Assembly: GCF_048593235.1 (NCBI RefSeq) | Contig: NC_133619.1 | Coordinates: forward strand, 635,106,558 to 635,170,557 | Direction: 5' to 3' | From: Sminthopsis crassicaudata | Lineage: Eukaryota | Length of the DNA stretch: 64,000 bases | Shown here: piece by piece, positions 35,631 through 49,385 of the stretch | How the letters are laid out: every line of letters starts with the position of its first letter | How positions within the stretch are numbered: position 1 is the first letter of the stretch | Position numbers and translations under genes: made by a program | The notes under the pieces: model-generated | The model's database searches: none | Told to the model about the DNA's origin: nothing | What the model saw: the letters and a program-made list of their open reading frames with translations, nothing else

Positions 35631-36117
35631 TTCTTGTAGCACGAACAATTTTCAAAATGCTTTCTGTGTCACAACCCCGTGAAGGGGAAGTGTGAGGATG
35701 CCCTGGGTAGTTAGGCCCTTCTTGAGAGCCGGACTGAGGCGCTTCACTCCCACGTTACTTCTGTGGCGGGGTGGTCCCTGTAAGCCCTGGGCAGCACCGT
35801 TTTGCTGATTCCTGTTTTAAAATGAAGAAATCCGGTGATTTAGATTCTAGAATCAGGTCTCCAAGGCTGGTAGTGACCGTGGTGCGCTTGACCCTCCAGA
35901 GACTTGGGAGCAAGGCCAGGATTCCAGCTAGAACTGAAGCCTTGCTCCTTGGGAAGGGGGCTCAGGCCCCCCTCATGGTCATCGTGGAAAGTGACATCTT
36001 CCTGTGCCGTCCCTTTCACAGGGATGACATCCAGCCCTGTGTGACCTCGGCCGGCTCTGGGGGCGTCGCTCTGTGTGTCCCGGGTCTGATGAAGCGCTGA
36101 GAAATTGATCCCTCACC

Positions 36118-36145
36118 ATGCCAGAGATTAAAGTCACGCCCTTGG
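36118..36145 (+). CDS. INTS11: Integrator subunit 11 (CPSF3L), coding exon 1
   Basis: ctcaccATG CCA GAG ATT AAA GTC ACG CCC TTG G|GTAAGT = MPEIKVTPLG; 28 bp. Confidence 0.93.
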
Positions 36146-39100
36146 GTAAGTTACAGAAGTTAATTTCATTTTAAAAAGTTTTCCGGAGCAGATCAACAAA
36201 ACTTTGTGTAATGAACTTGGAAGCTTGAGTGTTGTCTGTGCACTGCTCAGCTCCTTGTTCTGTGCTCAGGCCGTGCGGAGCACCGTGCCGGGTCCCCGGT
36301 GGGGGAGCCGCGCGTCACCCATGGGTGCTTCCCTGGTGGGCAGTGTTACGGACGGGAGACTTTTTTCTGAGTTATGTTTGTCTTTGGCTTATGGCAAGAG
36401 GAATTCTTCCCTCTGGAGGGTCACAGTTGCCTTGTGGGGAATTAGCCCCAAACCTTGTAGGATGGTGAGAGAGAACGCATTCTGAGGGTAAAACATCTCA
36501 GGACAGATTATTCAGAGGAGAGAGCAGGGGGAATCAGAGAGGACTTCCTGGAGGAGGCCCTGGGACGTTTCTGGGGATTGAGGGGGAGACTGTGTCAGGT
36601 CAGGAGAATGGGGGGCCATGGGGGCTGGGCTGGAGAGCAGCGAGTCCTCCTGGAGCCAGGCTTGGGAAGGCCAGCGGATGCTTCCCTTACCTCGGAGCAG
36701 GAGCCGATGACACTTTCTCCTGGGAGGAGGGAGAGCGCGGCTTAGACATTCAGTAACAGAACCTCCTTGGGAGACATGGGAGTTGAGGTGGTTGGGGGCC
36801 CCTAGCGCACCACCAGGGGGTGCTCACCACCGAGCTTGCAGGAAGGGACCAGGACGTCCTGTGTGACTTCTCTCAGACAGTCCTGCAGGCAGAAGTGTTC
36901 CTGGATTGATTCTTTGAGTTTTTGATACATCTTGGGCCCCCAGACATCACTGGTACAGTCTTCAGCCTTTGAATAGGAAGATGCTGGCTCTATGATCGGG
37001 ACTTTTCTCAGCTTCCATTGGTCGGTAGTGATGCCGTCTCCCTCCTTCCCCGAGGATCTGCTGGGCTCTGGCAGCATGCAGGGGCCTGGGCTGGGAGACA
37101 GGGAGTGTGTGTGACACCCTTGTGGAGCTCTTAGTCTGCTGGGAAAATGCCCCCAAGCCCGGGGCTTTGTGGGGTCCCCTTTGGCTTCTGCAGTGCTGGT
37201 AGCAAACTGAGCCCCGGTGTTAGATTGTCTGTCATCATTCACTTAGCTGGTGGCTAAGGGTTCAAACATGAGCCCTTGTCCCTTGACCAGTGCGTGAGAG
37301 GATGTGACCCTGGAAGAAAGGACCTGCCGGACCCCACCTGCTCCCTGTCCAGAAGGTACATGTTGGGCGGTAGCTGGCAGAGGAAGGAGAAGCGTCAGAG
37401 GAAATTAGGCCCCTGGACCCTCGGATGTGCGCTGGCCAGTGCAGCGATAGCAGTTTGTGCACCAGAGTCAGTGCAGAAGGGGAGCTCAGAAAGCCCCTCA
37501 AGTGAATCAGCAGGAGGGTTGGGGGGGCGTTGGTGTTTAGGGGCTTGAAAGCAGAAGTACAAACCATGATGTAAGATGAAAGAGGAGAGCCCTCAGGCCA
37601 GTAGTTCATCCAGAAGCCTCACACTAAAATGCCTTTTTATTTTTGCCCTTTTCAAAAAATATTTTGAAATTGTTTCAGTGTTTGCGTACCTCAGGCATGT
37701 GATGGTGTAGCTGATAAAACACTCTCTGGAGTCTGGAAGACCTGAATTCATAGTTAACCTCAGACACTTAGTAGCTGGGTGACCCTGGGCAAGTCATTTA
37801 ACCTCAGGCTGCCTCAGTTTCCTCAACTGTAAAATGGGGGTGATAGCAGCACCTAACTGCCAGCGTTGTTGTGAGGACCAAATGAGGTCTTTGTAAAGCT
37901 CTGAGAACAGTGCCTGGCGCATAGGAGGTACCCCAGAAATGCTCATTCCATGACTCTTGTTTCGTCCTTCCCAAGGGAGACTTCTTTTATAACAAAGAAA
38001 GCCAATCAGCACTAACCTGGGCCTGCAGCTAATAGTATTTACAAAACCCCACACCCATTTCCCTGCCATGTGTCACACAGAAGGAGAGAGGTAGTTCATC
38101 ATCTCTTCTCTGGACCAAAGACTGATCATTATAGTCGTAGCATTTGGGCTTATTTTATTGTTCTTGTTTGCAAGGTTCCTAGACATTGTGGCTGTTTTCC
38201 ATCTTTTGCATCTGTTTATACAAGCCTTTCTCTGCTTTTCTGATTTTCACATATTTATTATTTCTTAAATGGCTTAGTAAAACATTCACATGTCTTATAC
38301 TTAGTAAAACATTCACATATCACAGTTCAATTAGCCTCCATTTGATGGCCACCGATTGGTTCCAGTTTTTTGCTCCCACAAAAAGTAGCATTAGGAATAT
38401 TTTGGCAAATGTCGCATATTTCTTTCCTTGACTTCTTTGACTTCTTAGGCCCCTCCAGATATTACTAATACAATCTTCAACCTTTGAATAAGAAGAAGCT
38501 GTGTCTATAATCAGGACTTTTTCTCAGCTTCCATTGGTCAATAATTATGCTGTCTCCTCCAATTTGTCCTCCAATGAAATTTCATGCATGCTTTTTTTTT
38601 AAGATGTAATGTGTGGTGAACACGAATAACACCATGGAAATGGGAGAAGATTGTACGAAGTACTTCCTAAAATAGTGAGAAGCAAAAGAAGGGAAAAAAA
38701 AGTGTACAAAATATATCACAAAAGCCCAACCAAGTTAGATTAGCCCAGGGGCATTTAAGGATGAAAGTGGAAGGAAAATGAGATAAACTCATAATTAAAA
38801 AGCTCTGTAAAGATCAACATAACAAACTTTTTTTTAAAATCAATGACCATGGAGCCATTGTATTTGACCTCAAAATCAGTGTGTGGCACTAATTACATCA
38901 GGAAGTTGAGGGGCACCAGAGAAAACAAAGAGGAACTAAACGGCATCCAAAGATGAAGTCTCTGCAGGAAATGACATGGTTCTGAGGGATATCTAAAAGG
39001 AGAGAGGATACCAAGTACCAGGAAAAAATAAGGAAGACAATTAAAAACGATCAATAATGAATGATTTACAAACCTACTTTCCCTTTCCTATAAAAATCTG

Positions 39101-39289
39101 AGAATATTCCATCCATACATAGAAGAAATCCATTTTTATATTAGTTTTTTATTTTCAAAATCCATGCAAAGATAATTTTCAAGATTCACCCTTACAAAAT
39201 CTTGTGTCCCAAATTTTTCTCCCTCCCTTCCCCCACCTCCTCTCCAAAGTAGGTTAAACATGTGTACTTCTCATAGAAGACATCCTTGA

Positions 39290-39580
39290 TGAAGATTTAA
39301 GAAGGGACCAGGCAGATCTTTATAACTGGTATTCTATACCAGACCCCATTTCTAGAGTTATACAATTGCCTGAAAGGTACAGAGAATACAAAAATCCCAG
39401 GAGACTTATTGTTTGTAGGTGAGCTTGGAAAAACACAATTTGACAGCCAATCTGCTGCTTTAAATGCTGTCCTGTGATGAGCATAGACCCTGTGTATGTG
39501 TCAGAATTGTGCAAGATTCGTTGAAGGAAGTAACAACAAAAATAATGTTGTTCTGGGACCCTCTGATGACCATTTCAGAT
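39290..39580 (+). mobile_element. Ancient RTE-like LINE RT fragment
   Basis: Degenerate VRIVQDSLKEVTTKIMLFWDPLMTI resembles RTE RT sequence. Related fragments at about 36930-37050, 38445-39000, 42340-42560 and 42880-43130. Confidence 0.55.
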
Positions 39581-39599
39581 GGAAGGCCCTCACCTAGGG

Positions 39600-40135
39600 C
39601 CTTGTTACTCTTCTAGGGAACATCCAAGGCAGAAGCCTAATGGAAGGCAGTCTTTCTCAGTGAGTCCCAGGTACTTGGAACCCACGAACTTTCAGCTGCT
39701 CATCCTGAGCCAGTCTAGTCTTGACAAGCTGGCACCTGTTCTTGAGCTGGTCACCCTGTAACCGAATGACTTCTCCGTATTCTGGATGCTTAATAACAGC
39801 GCCAGTGCAGGCAAATTTCTTCTTGAATGCCTTCACCAGATTCTTTTAATTTAATCACCAGCCATCCCCTGGACGGTAGTGAGGGTCTCCCTCTCTTCAC
39901 TGCTGAATTCTTAGTTGGGTTACTTAGTAGTTAGCAGGAAGCAGCTCTTCATCTTTACTTGCATCAGCAAAGGAGTCAGAAGAATGGAGGTTCTGGGTAA
40001 CAGACATGATATCATTCCTTTTCCTTAGAGGAAATAGCCTGCGGAAGGCAGTGGTGGAAGAAGGTGGGCAGGGGGCACAGTCGAGCATCAGGAAGCAAGG
40101 CGTCTCCCGGGGCAGAGGCTCAGTGACTGGAGGGA
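39600..40135 (-). pseudogene. EIF1: Processed pseudogene of translation initiation factor EIF1 (SUI1), including 5' UTR
   Basis: ATG at 40007: MSVTQNLHSSDSFADASKDEELLPANY*VTQLRIQQ*...TLTTVQGMAGD*...LVKAFKKKFACTGAVIKHPEYGEVIRLQGDQLKNRCQ...LAQDEQLKVRGF. Intronless, with stops and frameshifts. CDS-homologous part is 39675-40007. Upstream ccagtcactgagcc...ccttccgcaggc...aggaaaaggaat matches the EIF1 5' UTR as recalled. Confidence 0.92.
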
Positions 40136-43100
40136 GGAAGTCCTTCCCCCCCCATCTCCTGTCCTCATCCCAGGGGGCTCCAGTATCCTTATTGGTAGCC
40201 CCTTTGGTACCTATCTTGCCAGCATTTCAGTCTTCTTAAGCTCCTCTCTAGAACACCTAAGCTATACTTGGAGACGGTCACACCCTTGACAAGCTTTACT
40301 CCAAAATTTCCTTGTCTGATCATAATTTTGATATCATGTCATTTTTCTTTATGCCTTATGACCCTTATCCTTATTCCCAGACCCCCATTCCCTCTGCCTC
40401 TGCTCTCATTCTGGCACTGACTACATTCTCCCTTCCCTTGCTCAGTGTCTGGGTATGCTGACCTTTGACTTGTCATTTATCACTCCTTGCCAAGGGCCAA
40501 ACCTGAATTACTCCTACAACTCACCTCCTTTCATGCAATGTTGTTCTTATCTATATATCACATGTGAAAAACAGCATTAAATGAAGTCATCAGACTGCTG
40601 ACTCAGCCACTAGAAAGTTATATAACTTTCTTTACATGTTTTATTTTTTCCCAAGTAAAAAGCATTTTTAAATATGTCCCTCTTAATCTACTTTCTCCGT
40701 TAAACATTTTTTTTTTTAAATTCCCCCCAAATAAATCCCCCCATATAGCTGCGGAGTCTGGCACAATAAATTTCCACATTAGTCACATCTGAAAATGTAT
40801 GTCTCTGCATTTCAATTTGCATTTTTTTTTGTCAGAAAGTGAATAGTATATTTCATCTTCATTCTTTTGTATTAGTAGTTTGTTATTGTTGGCCAAAATT
40901 CTAAATCATTAGTGTTTTTTATAAGTTATTGAATAGATTTCCTCGTAATTATTTTCACTTAGCTTTGTATCAGTTGATAAAGTTCTTCCCAGTTTCCTAT
41001 GGAATTGTTGTACTCATTTTTTATGGAGTACATTGCATTTATAAACCACAATTTGTTTGACCATTTCCCTTTTAAGAGGAATCTCCTTAATTTTGAAACT
41101 ACTATAAAAAGATCTTCTATAGGTGTCCTCATGCACATGAGTCCTTTTCCTCTTTATCTTTTTTAGTGATATTGCTGGATGAGAGAAGATGCACATTTTC
41201 AACTCCACCAACAATGCATTAGTATAACTATTGCCGTAGAACTTTTGCCATTTTCCTTCCCTCATCTTGGCCAGTCTGAGGATATGAGGTGGAATTCTCA
41301 AAATTATTATTATTTTCATTTCTCTAATAATTAGTGAATTACAAATATTTTTTCACATGATTGTAAACAATGTGAATTGTGTCCTTTGCAACCTGCCTTT
41401 TTATATCCTTTTGACTATTTTGGGGAATTGTTTCTTTTACAGGGTGTCCCAAAGTATTTAATACTGTGCTAAGTCCTTTGGGACATGCTGTATGTTTTGG
41501 AAATGTGATCTTTATCAAGGGCCAGATGTTACAAAAAATTTCTCCCCACCCCCACCCCCCTTAATTACCTTTTCACTTCTGATTTTCTACTATATTAGAT
41601 TTGTTTGTGCAAAAATTTTTAAATTGTATTTGGTCAGATTTGTTCTTTTTATCTTGTGTGATACTCTGTATTCTTGGTTTTGTCATGAACTCTTTCTACA
41701 TTTATAAATCTGAAAAGCCATTTCTTGCTCCTCTGACTTGTCACTTTAAATATCTAAACAATTTATGCATTTGGAGTTTTCCTTGGTGTATGGTTTGATG
41801 CATTGGTCTAACCCTAATTTTTGCCAGAAATGCTTGCCTATTTTTGGCAGTTTTTGTCAAGTAGTTCCTGGCCGGGTCTTTGGGTCTATCAGAAACTGAG
41901 CTGCTGACTTGGTTTGCTTGTGGGTGGTGTGTGCCTTGACTACCCACAGTCTTTATGTTGACCTGGCTCTGTGACCTAGGTCTTCTGGGACTGGCTGTCC
42001 TCCCACAGGGCCTCTTGCAGGAGGCTTTCCCATTGACTCCTCCTGGCTGCTAAAGCCCGCCCTCTTCATTCCCCTTTGCCCCTCTTCATATCTGCTCTCT
42101 ATTTGTTGCACCTTGGTTTGAATCTCCACTCAGCACTTAACCTGATGCCTGGCACATGACTGATTCCATCAAGGTAGCCTGTGGTCCTGGCAACTTGTTT
42201 GAGGAAAATGCTGCCTTTTTATTGTCACTCAATCCAGCTGAAAGTTAGTATTTCATTCAGTTCTTTAAAAATCTTATTCTGCAGAGGAGTCCACAGGCTT
42301 CCCTCGACTGGCCGAGGGTATCTGTGACCCAGCAAAGCTGAGCCCCCTCCAGATATTCTTGTTGGTGGGTGACTTCTCGGCTGCTTCAAGCTGCCTCAGA
42401 GAGATTGGTAGTCACCTGGCGTTCAGCCTCGCCCTCCCCACAGGAAGTAAACAAGCAAATGGAGAATTCGGGCCCTACTGTTGGGATTCTGACTCGGAGA
42501 CACAGTTGGCCAGAAAACCCGCAGAACTGGCCCATCATGATGTAGATCTTGAACGAGACAAGGCTTTGGTTTGGCTTTTTAAATATTTTAAATTCAGAAC
42601 CTTGCCTGTATCCAATAAAATGGGCATTGCAGACCAGAAAAAGAGGTTTGGGTCTGGGAGTCCCTTATCTGCACTTTGCTTTCCTTTTCAAAACCTTCAA
42701 CTTGGCATGTGACCATGGGAGCTTCTCCTGCTTGTTGGTGCTTCCTTCCTCTTTCTTTTTCCTTACTTTTAAAAAATGCTTGAGGGACTCTTTTCCCCAC
42801 CTAAAAACTTGGGGAAAAAAAGGTCCTCACCAATCCTTCCCCCAAAACAAAATCTTTGCACAAATGCGCATCCTCTGCGGTCTCTGTCTGAAGTCCCACT
42901 TCTTCTGCACTCTTGGGGGCCAGCGCGTCTTCTCTGGAGGTGCCTCGTGTACCCCGGCAAGCGTGGGCGGTGATTCCACTGAACACTGGAACAGACTCTT
43001 GGGACGGACTGCATTGGAACAGGAGGAGAGTGGGCCGGGTGGCCTTTGGGAAATTGCAGACTGCTTTTAATGGCCACCACCAACTTTCTGAAGTAAAGAC

Positions 43101-45109
43101 CTTTCTTTTTAATGTGAACAGTTGTCAGGAGAGGCTGTGTTTGTTAAATGTGCTAGTCACGTGATGATAGAGATGGGAGATCGGCTCTGGCCTGGAGAAG
43201 CTTAAAGTGTCTGGGGGTGGTCGGTGCTCCCAGCTCTGGGCATGTGCAAAATGATTGTGCGGGGGTCTGGAGAGAGGCCCCGGCAGCCAGGGGGTCTGCA
43301 GTGGCACATTAGCTGAACCTTAATGGGAGCTAGTGGTTCCATGGGACAGAGGTCAGGAGGGACAGGTCAAGTACAGGGACAAAGTGTGCAAAGACATGGA
43401 GGGGGGAGACTGGATGTCATTTACAGGAAACCTCGGATTGGTCAGTGGCTGGACATATCGTGCAGTCGTCTTGGAAGGATGGGTAGAGCTTGGTTGTGGA
43501 GGGTTCTGCGTGCCACGTATAGGAGTATGTGCGTTATATGCTAGAGGGAATGGGAGCCACTGCAGGTTCTGGAGTAGGGGGTAATGGTATGATGGTAGGA
43601 ATGCTTCTTGGTTAGGGATGTTTTGTTTCTGACTGAGGGATAAATCCTGAAAGCAGGGGACAAGTTAGGAGGTTCTTGTAGTGGTCCAGGAGAGAAGTGT
43701 TACGGGCCTGGACTTAGGGCAACTGTGGGATAAGTCGGGGGAGGAGCTGCGATGAGATCTTGGAGAGCAGCATCAACAAGACGTTGGGGGAATGCACAAC
43801 AGGATGGTGGTAGAAGTGGGGGTTTGGGGAATAGAGAATGAGTCTAGGTTCACAGGTGTTATATTTGGAGTGACAGGATGTGGAGACATCCTGGAGGGAG
43901 ATGCAGACCTAGAGCTTGTTAGGAAGCAGTGTGGTGCAGGGGGAAGAGCTCTGACTCTAGAGGCAAGGAGGCTTCCTCCTCTGTGTTTGGGGGCCAGCCA
44001 TTTCACTCCCCTGGGCATCCTCAGGTTCCTCATCTGTAAAAGGAGGGGCTGGGCTCAGTAGCTTTTGAGGTCCCTTTCAAGTCTATTTCTCTGTTCCTAA
44101 AAGCTATGAGCAGGCGAACGCCTGCATCTGTAGAGATAATAGTTGGACCCAGGGCGATGACTGAGCTAGACCATGTGCAGAAGGCCTAGGTGGTGGCTTG
44201 GCGTTCACCCCTGCCCACGGACCTGGGTACAGATGATGAACCTGGAGGGGAGCTGAGCAAGCCCAGTCAGGAGGGAGGAGAAAGGATCTGGGGAAGAGGG
44301 TGAGAGCCTTTGGTACTAGGAGAAGGAGGAGGAAGAGGAGGCGGAGGAGGCCATCAAACTGGCAGTGAAGAGGTCATTGGTGACCTTGGAAGGAGTGGCT
44401 TATTTGGGTGCTGGGACTGAAGCTAGATGGCAAGAGCTGAGAAGGGAAGCAAGATGGGAAGTGGAGGCGGTCAGTGATCCCACTGAGCCTTTTCTAGGAC
44501 TGTGGCTCTGACAGGTGAAGTAGTACACCCAGACCATGAATCAAATAAAAGGTGAGCTGCCTACTCTTGCCACCTCTTCCCATGCCCCACCCCTTGAAAA
44601 AGAGCAACAACTGCTATTCCCTGCCCCTGAGCTCAGGGAGTGGTGCTAGGAGATCCAAGGACAGCAGCCGGGCTGACATCAGAACCTGCTCCTGTATCCC
44701 AATCTTCCCTCATTCCAGTGCCATAAAGACCCTGGCTCCAAGCTGGGGAAGTTTGCTCAGGCCTTGACAATTAACTTGGCCAGAGATTTTTAAGAGCAAA
44801 AGCCTGCTGGGAGTGGAGCCCAGAAGCACCAGTAATTAAAATCTCTGAACTGTCTGTGTTGGACCGTAGATCTGGGAACAAAAAGAATGGGACAGGATTG
44901 CCATGCACGTGGAGGACTCTGCCAGGCCTAAGGGAAAAAACACAGCTTCCAACTGGGGCTATTTCTGACCACTCAAAAGAGACCTAGACTGGTGAACTGT
45001 GAATTGCCCAATCTGAAAGGATGATGCTATGCTTTGAAATCCATCTCCCAGAGAAACCCAAACCAGAAGTGAAGGAATAAAAAGTGAATTGCAATGTTCT
45101 TCTCTAAAC

Positions 45110-45687
45110 TGTAATCGATCTCTAGGAGCAGGTTTCTTGGGGAGCTTCTGGGAGCAGCCTTAGATTCAGTTCAGTTCAATAATTGCCACGAATGCAGCCA
45201 AGAGCTAAAAGTTCAGATCCTTTATTGTCTCCTTCAAAATAGCCTGGTTAGCTTTCTTATAGGCCTATCTCTCTCCTTGGTTCTGAGAGCTCTTGCGCCC
45301 AGTCCTTTGTCTCTTTCAGCTTCTGCGTCTAGCTCCCTCTGAATCCATAGCCTCAGCCAGCACAAAGGTGGAAAATAGAATGAATCTGTCTCTGCCTCCA
45401 AGAGGGGGTTTGTGAGTCTGGCCCTGAGAGCTTCTTGCTTATATGCTGTATACTGAGTATACTCCAATCATTACATCATTAGGAAACCATTATTTGTTGT
45501 AGGATTAAATCAATGCTAAACTAGATTTAACCATTGTCTCCTCAATTCCACTTAGTACCTTGTTTCAAGTTCTGGCCCATAACATCTCCTGGTAGGATCA
45601 GATCAATCATACTATAAACCATGCTAAATTAGATAATTATTGTCTCTATCAATTCCACTATCTTAGTACCTTGTAAGAATCATAACA
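45110..45687 (-). mobile_element. Solo LTR with internal tandem duplication
   Basis: Minus strand begins tgttatg and ends attaca (TG...CA), with ATTGG, TATAA and AATAAA in U3-R order. A block of about 100 bp (tgttatg...acaaggtactaag...gtggaattga...gagacaat) occurs twice. No TSD found. Confidence 0.75.
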
Positions 45688-45699
45688 GTGAGTGATCAG

Positions 45700-48600
45700 A
45701 AAAGTTAGGGGTGAGAGGAGAAGACTAAATATACTAGAGATCTCAGGAAGAAGAAACTTCAAAGGCTTTGAATAAAAACAGATAAATCAGCAGGACCAAC
45801 AGCAACAACAGAAAGAAATATGGCTTCCAGATCTTGTAAACAATTTTAAGGATCTCTGAATAAGTACTTCAAAATAAAAGAAAATGATTCAGCACTTGAC
45901 CAGACAGAGAACCCTGTGGAGGTTGAGGAGAACATGGAACTATAGCTCACAGTTACTGAATAGTTTAAAAGAGAAATGAGGATTATGAGAGGAGAATGTA
46001 TTTTTCTCACAGCAGAATAATGAGCAGAATAGGAAAAATTTGACTCTGTAATAGCAAGCCTCACCAAAGAATAAAGGACAGAACAGTAGATTGGGAATGC
46101 AAATATACAAAAATGAGGGAGAGAAGAAGAGAAGCAAAACATTAAAGAAAATGTGCTTAAGGTGTAAGCAAATTTTTTAAAAATAACATCTTTATTTTCA
46201 AAATACATGCAAAGATAGTCTTTAAGATTCATCCTTGCAAAACCTTGTGTTCCAAATTTTTCTTCCTCCCTTCCCCCATCCCCTCTTCTAGACTCTTTAT
46301 CAAACTGAATTAAGAAAGAAAGAACCCCTTCCAGAATCTTTTTGAGACAAATATTGTCCTAATACCTAAACCAGGGAAAGACAAAACACAGAAAGAAAAC
46401 TATAGGCCAATATCCTTAATGAACATTGAGCCAGAGATTTTAAGCAAAAACCTATCAAATAGACTACAGCAATTATTCAAGATAGCTTTATTATAATCCT
46501 TTTATAAGGATGCAACGATAGTTCAACATCTGGAAAATGAGCAACTTAATTTCATTAAAACCCAAAATATCCCAAACCAGATGGTCATTTCAATAGATTC
46601 AGGAAATGCTTTTGACAAACTACAATACTTTTATGTTTTAAAACCCCATAAATTAGAGGTATTGAGGGACTTTTTAAAAACATCATAAAACCAAGAACAA
46701 TCCTCATATGCAATGAGGATACACTAGAACCTTTTACAATAAATCTGAGGGTGAGGTAAAGGTGCACAGTCTTCCTTCTTTTATTTGAGGATTCTGAAAA
46801 TGCTAGCAAAAGTAATAGGATGAGGGAAAAATAAAAGAGGGGAAAAAAAGAGAAATAAATAGGTAAAACTATTCCTGCTGGTTGCTAATGATAGAATGGT
46901 TTACTTGGAAAACCCCAGGGAATCAGTAACAATACTGAGACAGTAGTATCAGCAAAGTTGCAGGCTACAGAATAAATCTTTAAAAATCAGTATTTCTATA
47001 TATTAACAAAATAGAAAGCAATAATAGAGATGGGAAACCCCATTCCATATTACTACTGGATGCATAAATTATCTGGGAATCAATTTCTCAAAGCACATAA
47101 AACGCTTACAGAGTCATTTACAATGCTTTTTAAAGAAATAAAGCCTAAGTAACTGGTGGAATATTCAGTGTTCATTGGCTAGGCTGTGCCAATATAAAAA
47201 AAAATGGCAATAATATCAAAATTAATTTAAACTTTTAATATTATACCACTCAAAATAGCAAGGATATTCTTTATATAGCTTGATGAAATAATAAAATTCA
47301 TTAAAAAAAATATCTAGACAACTGATGAAAAGAAAGAAGGCTAAAAGAGGAATAGCACCTCCAGATCTCAAATTGTATTAAAAAGTAACAGGTATCAAAA
47401 TCATCTGGTATTGGTTAAAGAATAGAGAGATGGATATCTAGAATACACTAGACAAAGAAGATTGAGAAAAAATAGAACTCAGTTACTCCGTGTCTGATAA
47501 AGTTAAAAACCTAAGTTTCCACTAGGGAAGAACTCCCTATTTGATAAAAACTGTTGGAAAGCAGTCTGGTAGAAATTAGGCTTAGACCAATGCCTTACAT
47601 TGTATATCTATAGTTCTAAATGGAAACATACCTCTATATTAAAGATCACACTGTAAAAATATTTTAAATATTTTTATAATATATAGTTTATGTAATATAT
47701 GTATAATGAAAATAAAAAACACTTCATATAACTCTTAACTAAGGATAAGAGATAAATTCTTTTTTTTTTAATAGTATTTTATTTTTTCAAATACATACAA
47801 AGATAGTTTTCAACATTCACCTTCACAAAATCTCTTGTGTTTCAAATTTTTCTTCCTTTTCTCTCCCCTCCCCAAGACAGCAAGCAATTTGGTATAGGTT
47901 AAACATGTGCAGTTCTTCTAAACATATTTCCATATTCATCATGCTGTGCACACACACACATACAAATCAGATCAAAAGTGGAAAAAACATGAGAAAGGGG
48001 AAAAAACCAAGCAAACAACAACAAATGGTAAAGAAATATTATGCTTTGATTTATATTCAGTCTTCATAGTTATCTCTCTGGATGCAGATGGCACTTTCCA
48101 TCAAAAGTCTATTGGAATTTCCTTGAATCACCTCATTGTTGAAAAGAGCCAAGTCCTTCACAGTTGATCATCACAAAATCTTGTTGTTACTGTGCACAGT
48201 GTTCTTTTGGTTCTGCTCACTTCACTCAGCATCAGTTCATGTCAGTCTCTTCAGACATTTCTGAAGTCAGCCTGCTTATCTTTTTTTTTGGTACAACAAT
48301 AATATTCTATTACCTTCATATACCATAACTTATTCACTCATTCCCCATTAGATGGACATCTATTCACTTTCCATTTCTTTGCTGCCATGAAAAAGGGCTG
48401 CTATAAACATTTTTGCATATGTAGGTCTTTTCCTCTTTTTTATGATCTCTGGGATATAGACCCAAAGACACTGCTGGATCAAAGACTATGCACATTTTTA
48501 TAGCCCTTTGAGCATAGTTCCAAATTGCTTTCCAGAATGATTGGATCATTTCACAGTTCCACCAACGATGCATTAGTTTCCCAGTTTCCCCACATCACCT

Positions 48601-49385
48601 CCAACATTTATCATTATTTTTCCTGTCATCTTAGCCAATCCTAGAGGTATGAAGTGGTACCTTAAGAGTTGCCATAATTTACATTTCTAAGAGATATCTT
48701 ATTTTAAATTTAAAAAAAATGTAATAATAGCTTTTAATTTTCAAGATACATGCAAAGATATTTTCAACCTTCACCCTTGCAAAACCTTTTCTTCCAAATT
48801 TTTCTCCCTCCTCCCCCTCCCTAGGTAACCTATATATAGGTTAATATAGGTTAAAGATGTGTAGTATAAATATATTTCCACATTTATCATGTTGCACAAG
48901 AAAAATCAGATCAAAGGGGGAAAAAAAGTGAAAAAAAAAAAGCAAATTAAAAAAAAAAAGTGAAAATACTATATTGTGAGTGTGGGAATTCTTAGTCCCC
49001 ACAGTCCTCTCACTGGATGCATCACTCTCTCTTGATCACAAGTCTTCTTGAATTGGCCCGAATCACATTATTGAGAAGAGCCAAGTCCATCAGACAGATC
49101 ATCACATAATCTTGTTGCTGTGTACAATGTTCTCTTGGTTCAACTCACTTCACTTACTATCAGTTCATATAATCCTTAGAGATATATTCTTAACCAAACA
49201 GAAGATACAGGCAGTTACAAAAGATAAAACAGATAACTTTGATCACTCAAACTTGAAAAGCTTCTGCAACAAACCACATTGGTTCATGTAAGATAAAAAG
49301 GAAGGTGGTAGAATGGGGAAAAACAAGTTTGTTTCAAATTTCTCTGATAAGGGTTTGGTGTCCAAGATATAAGCAGAGACGCGCG

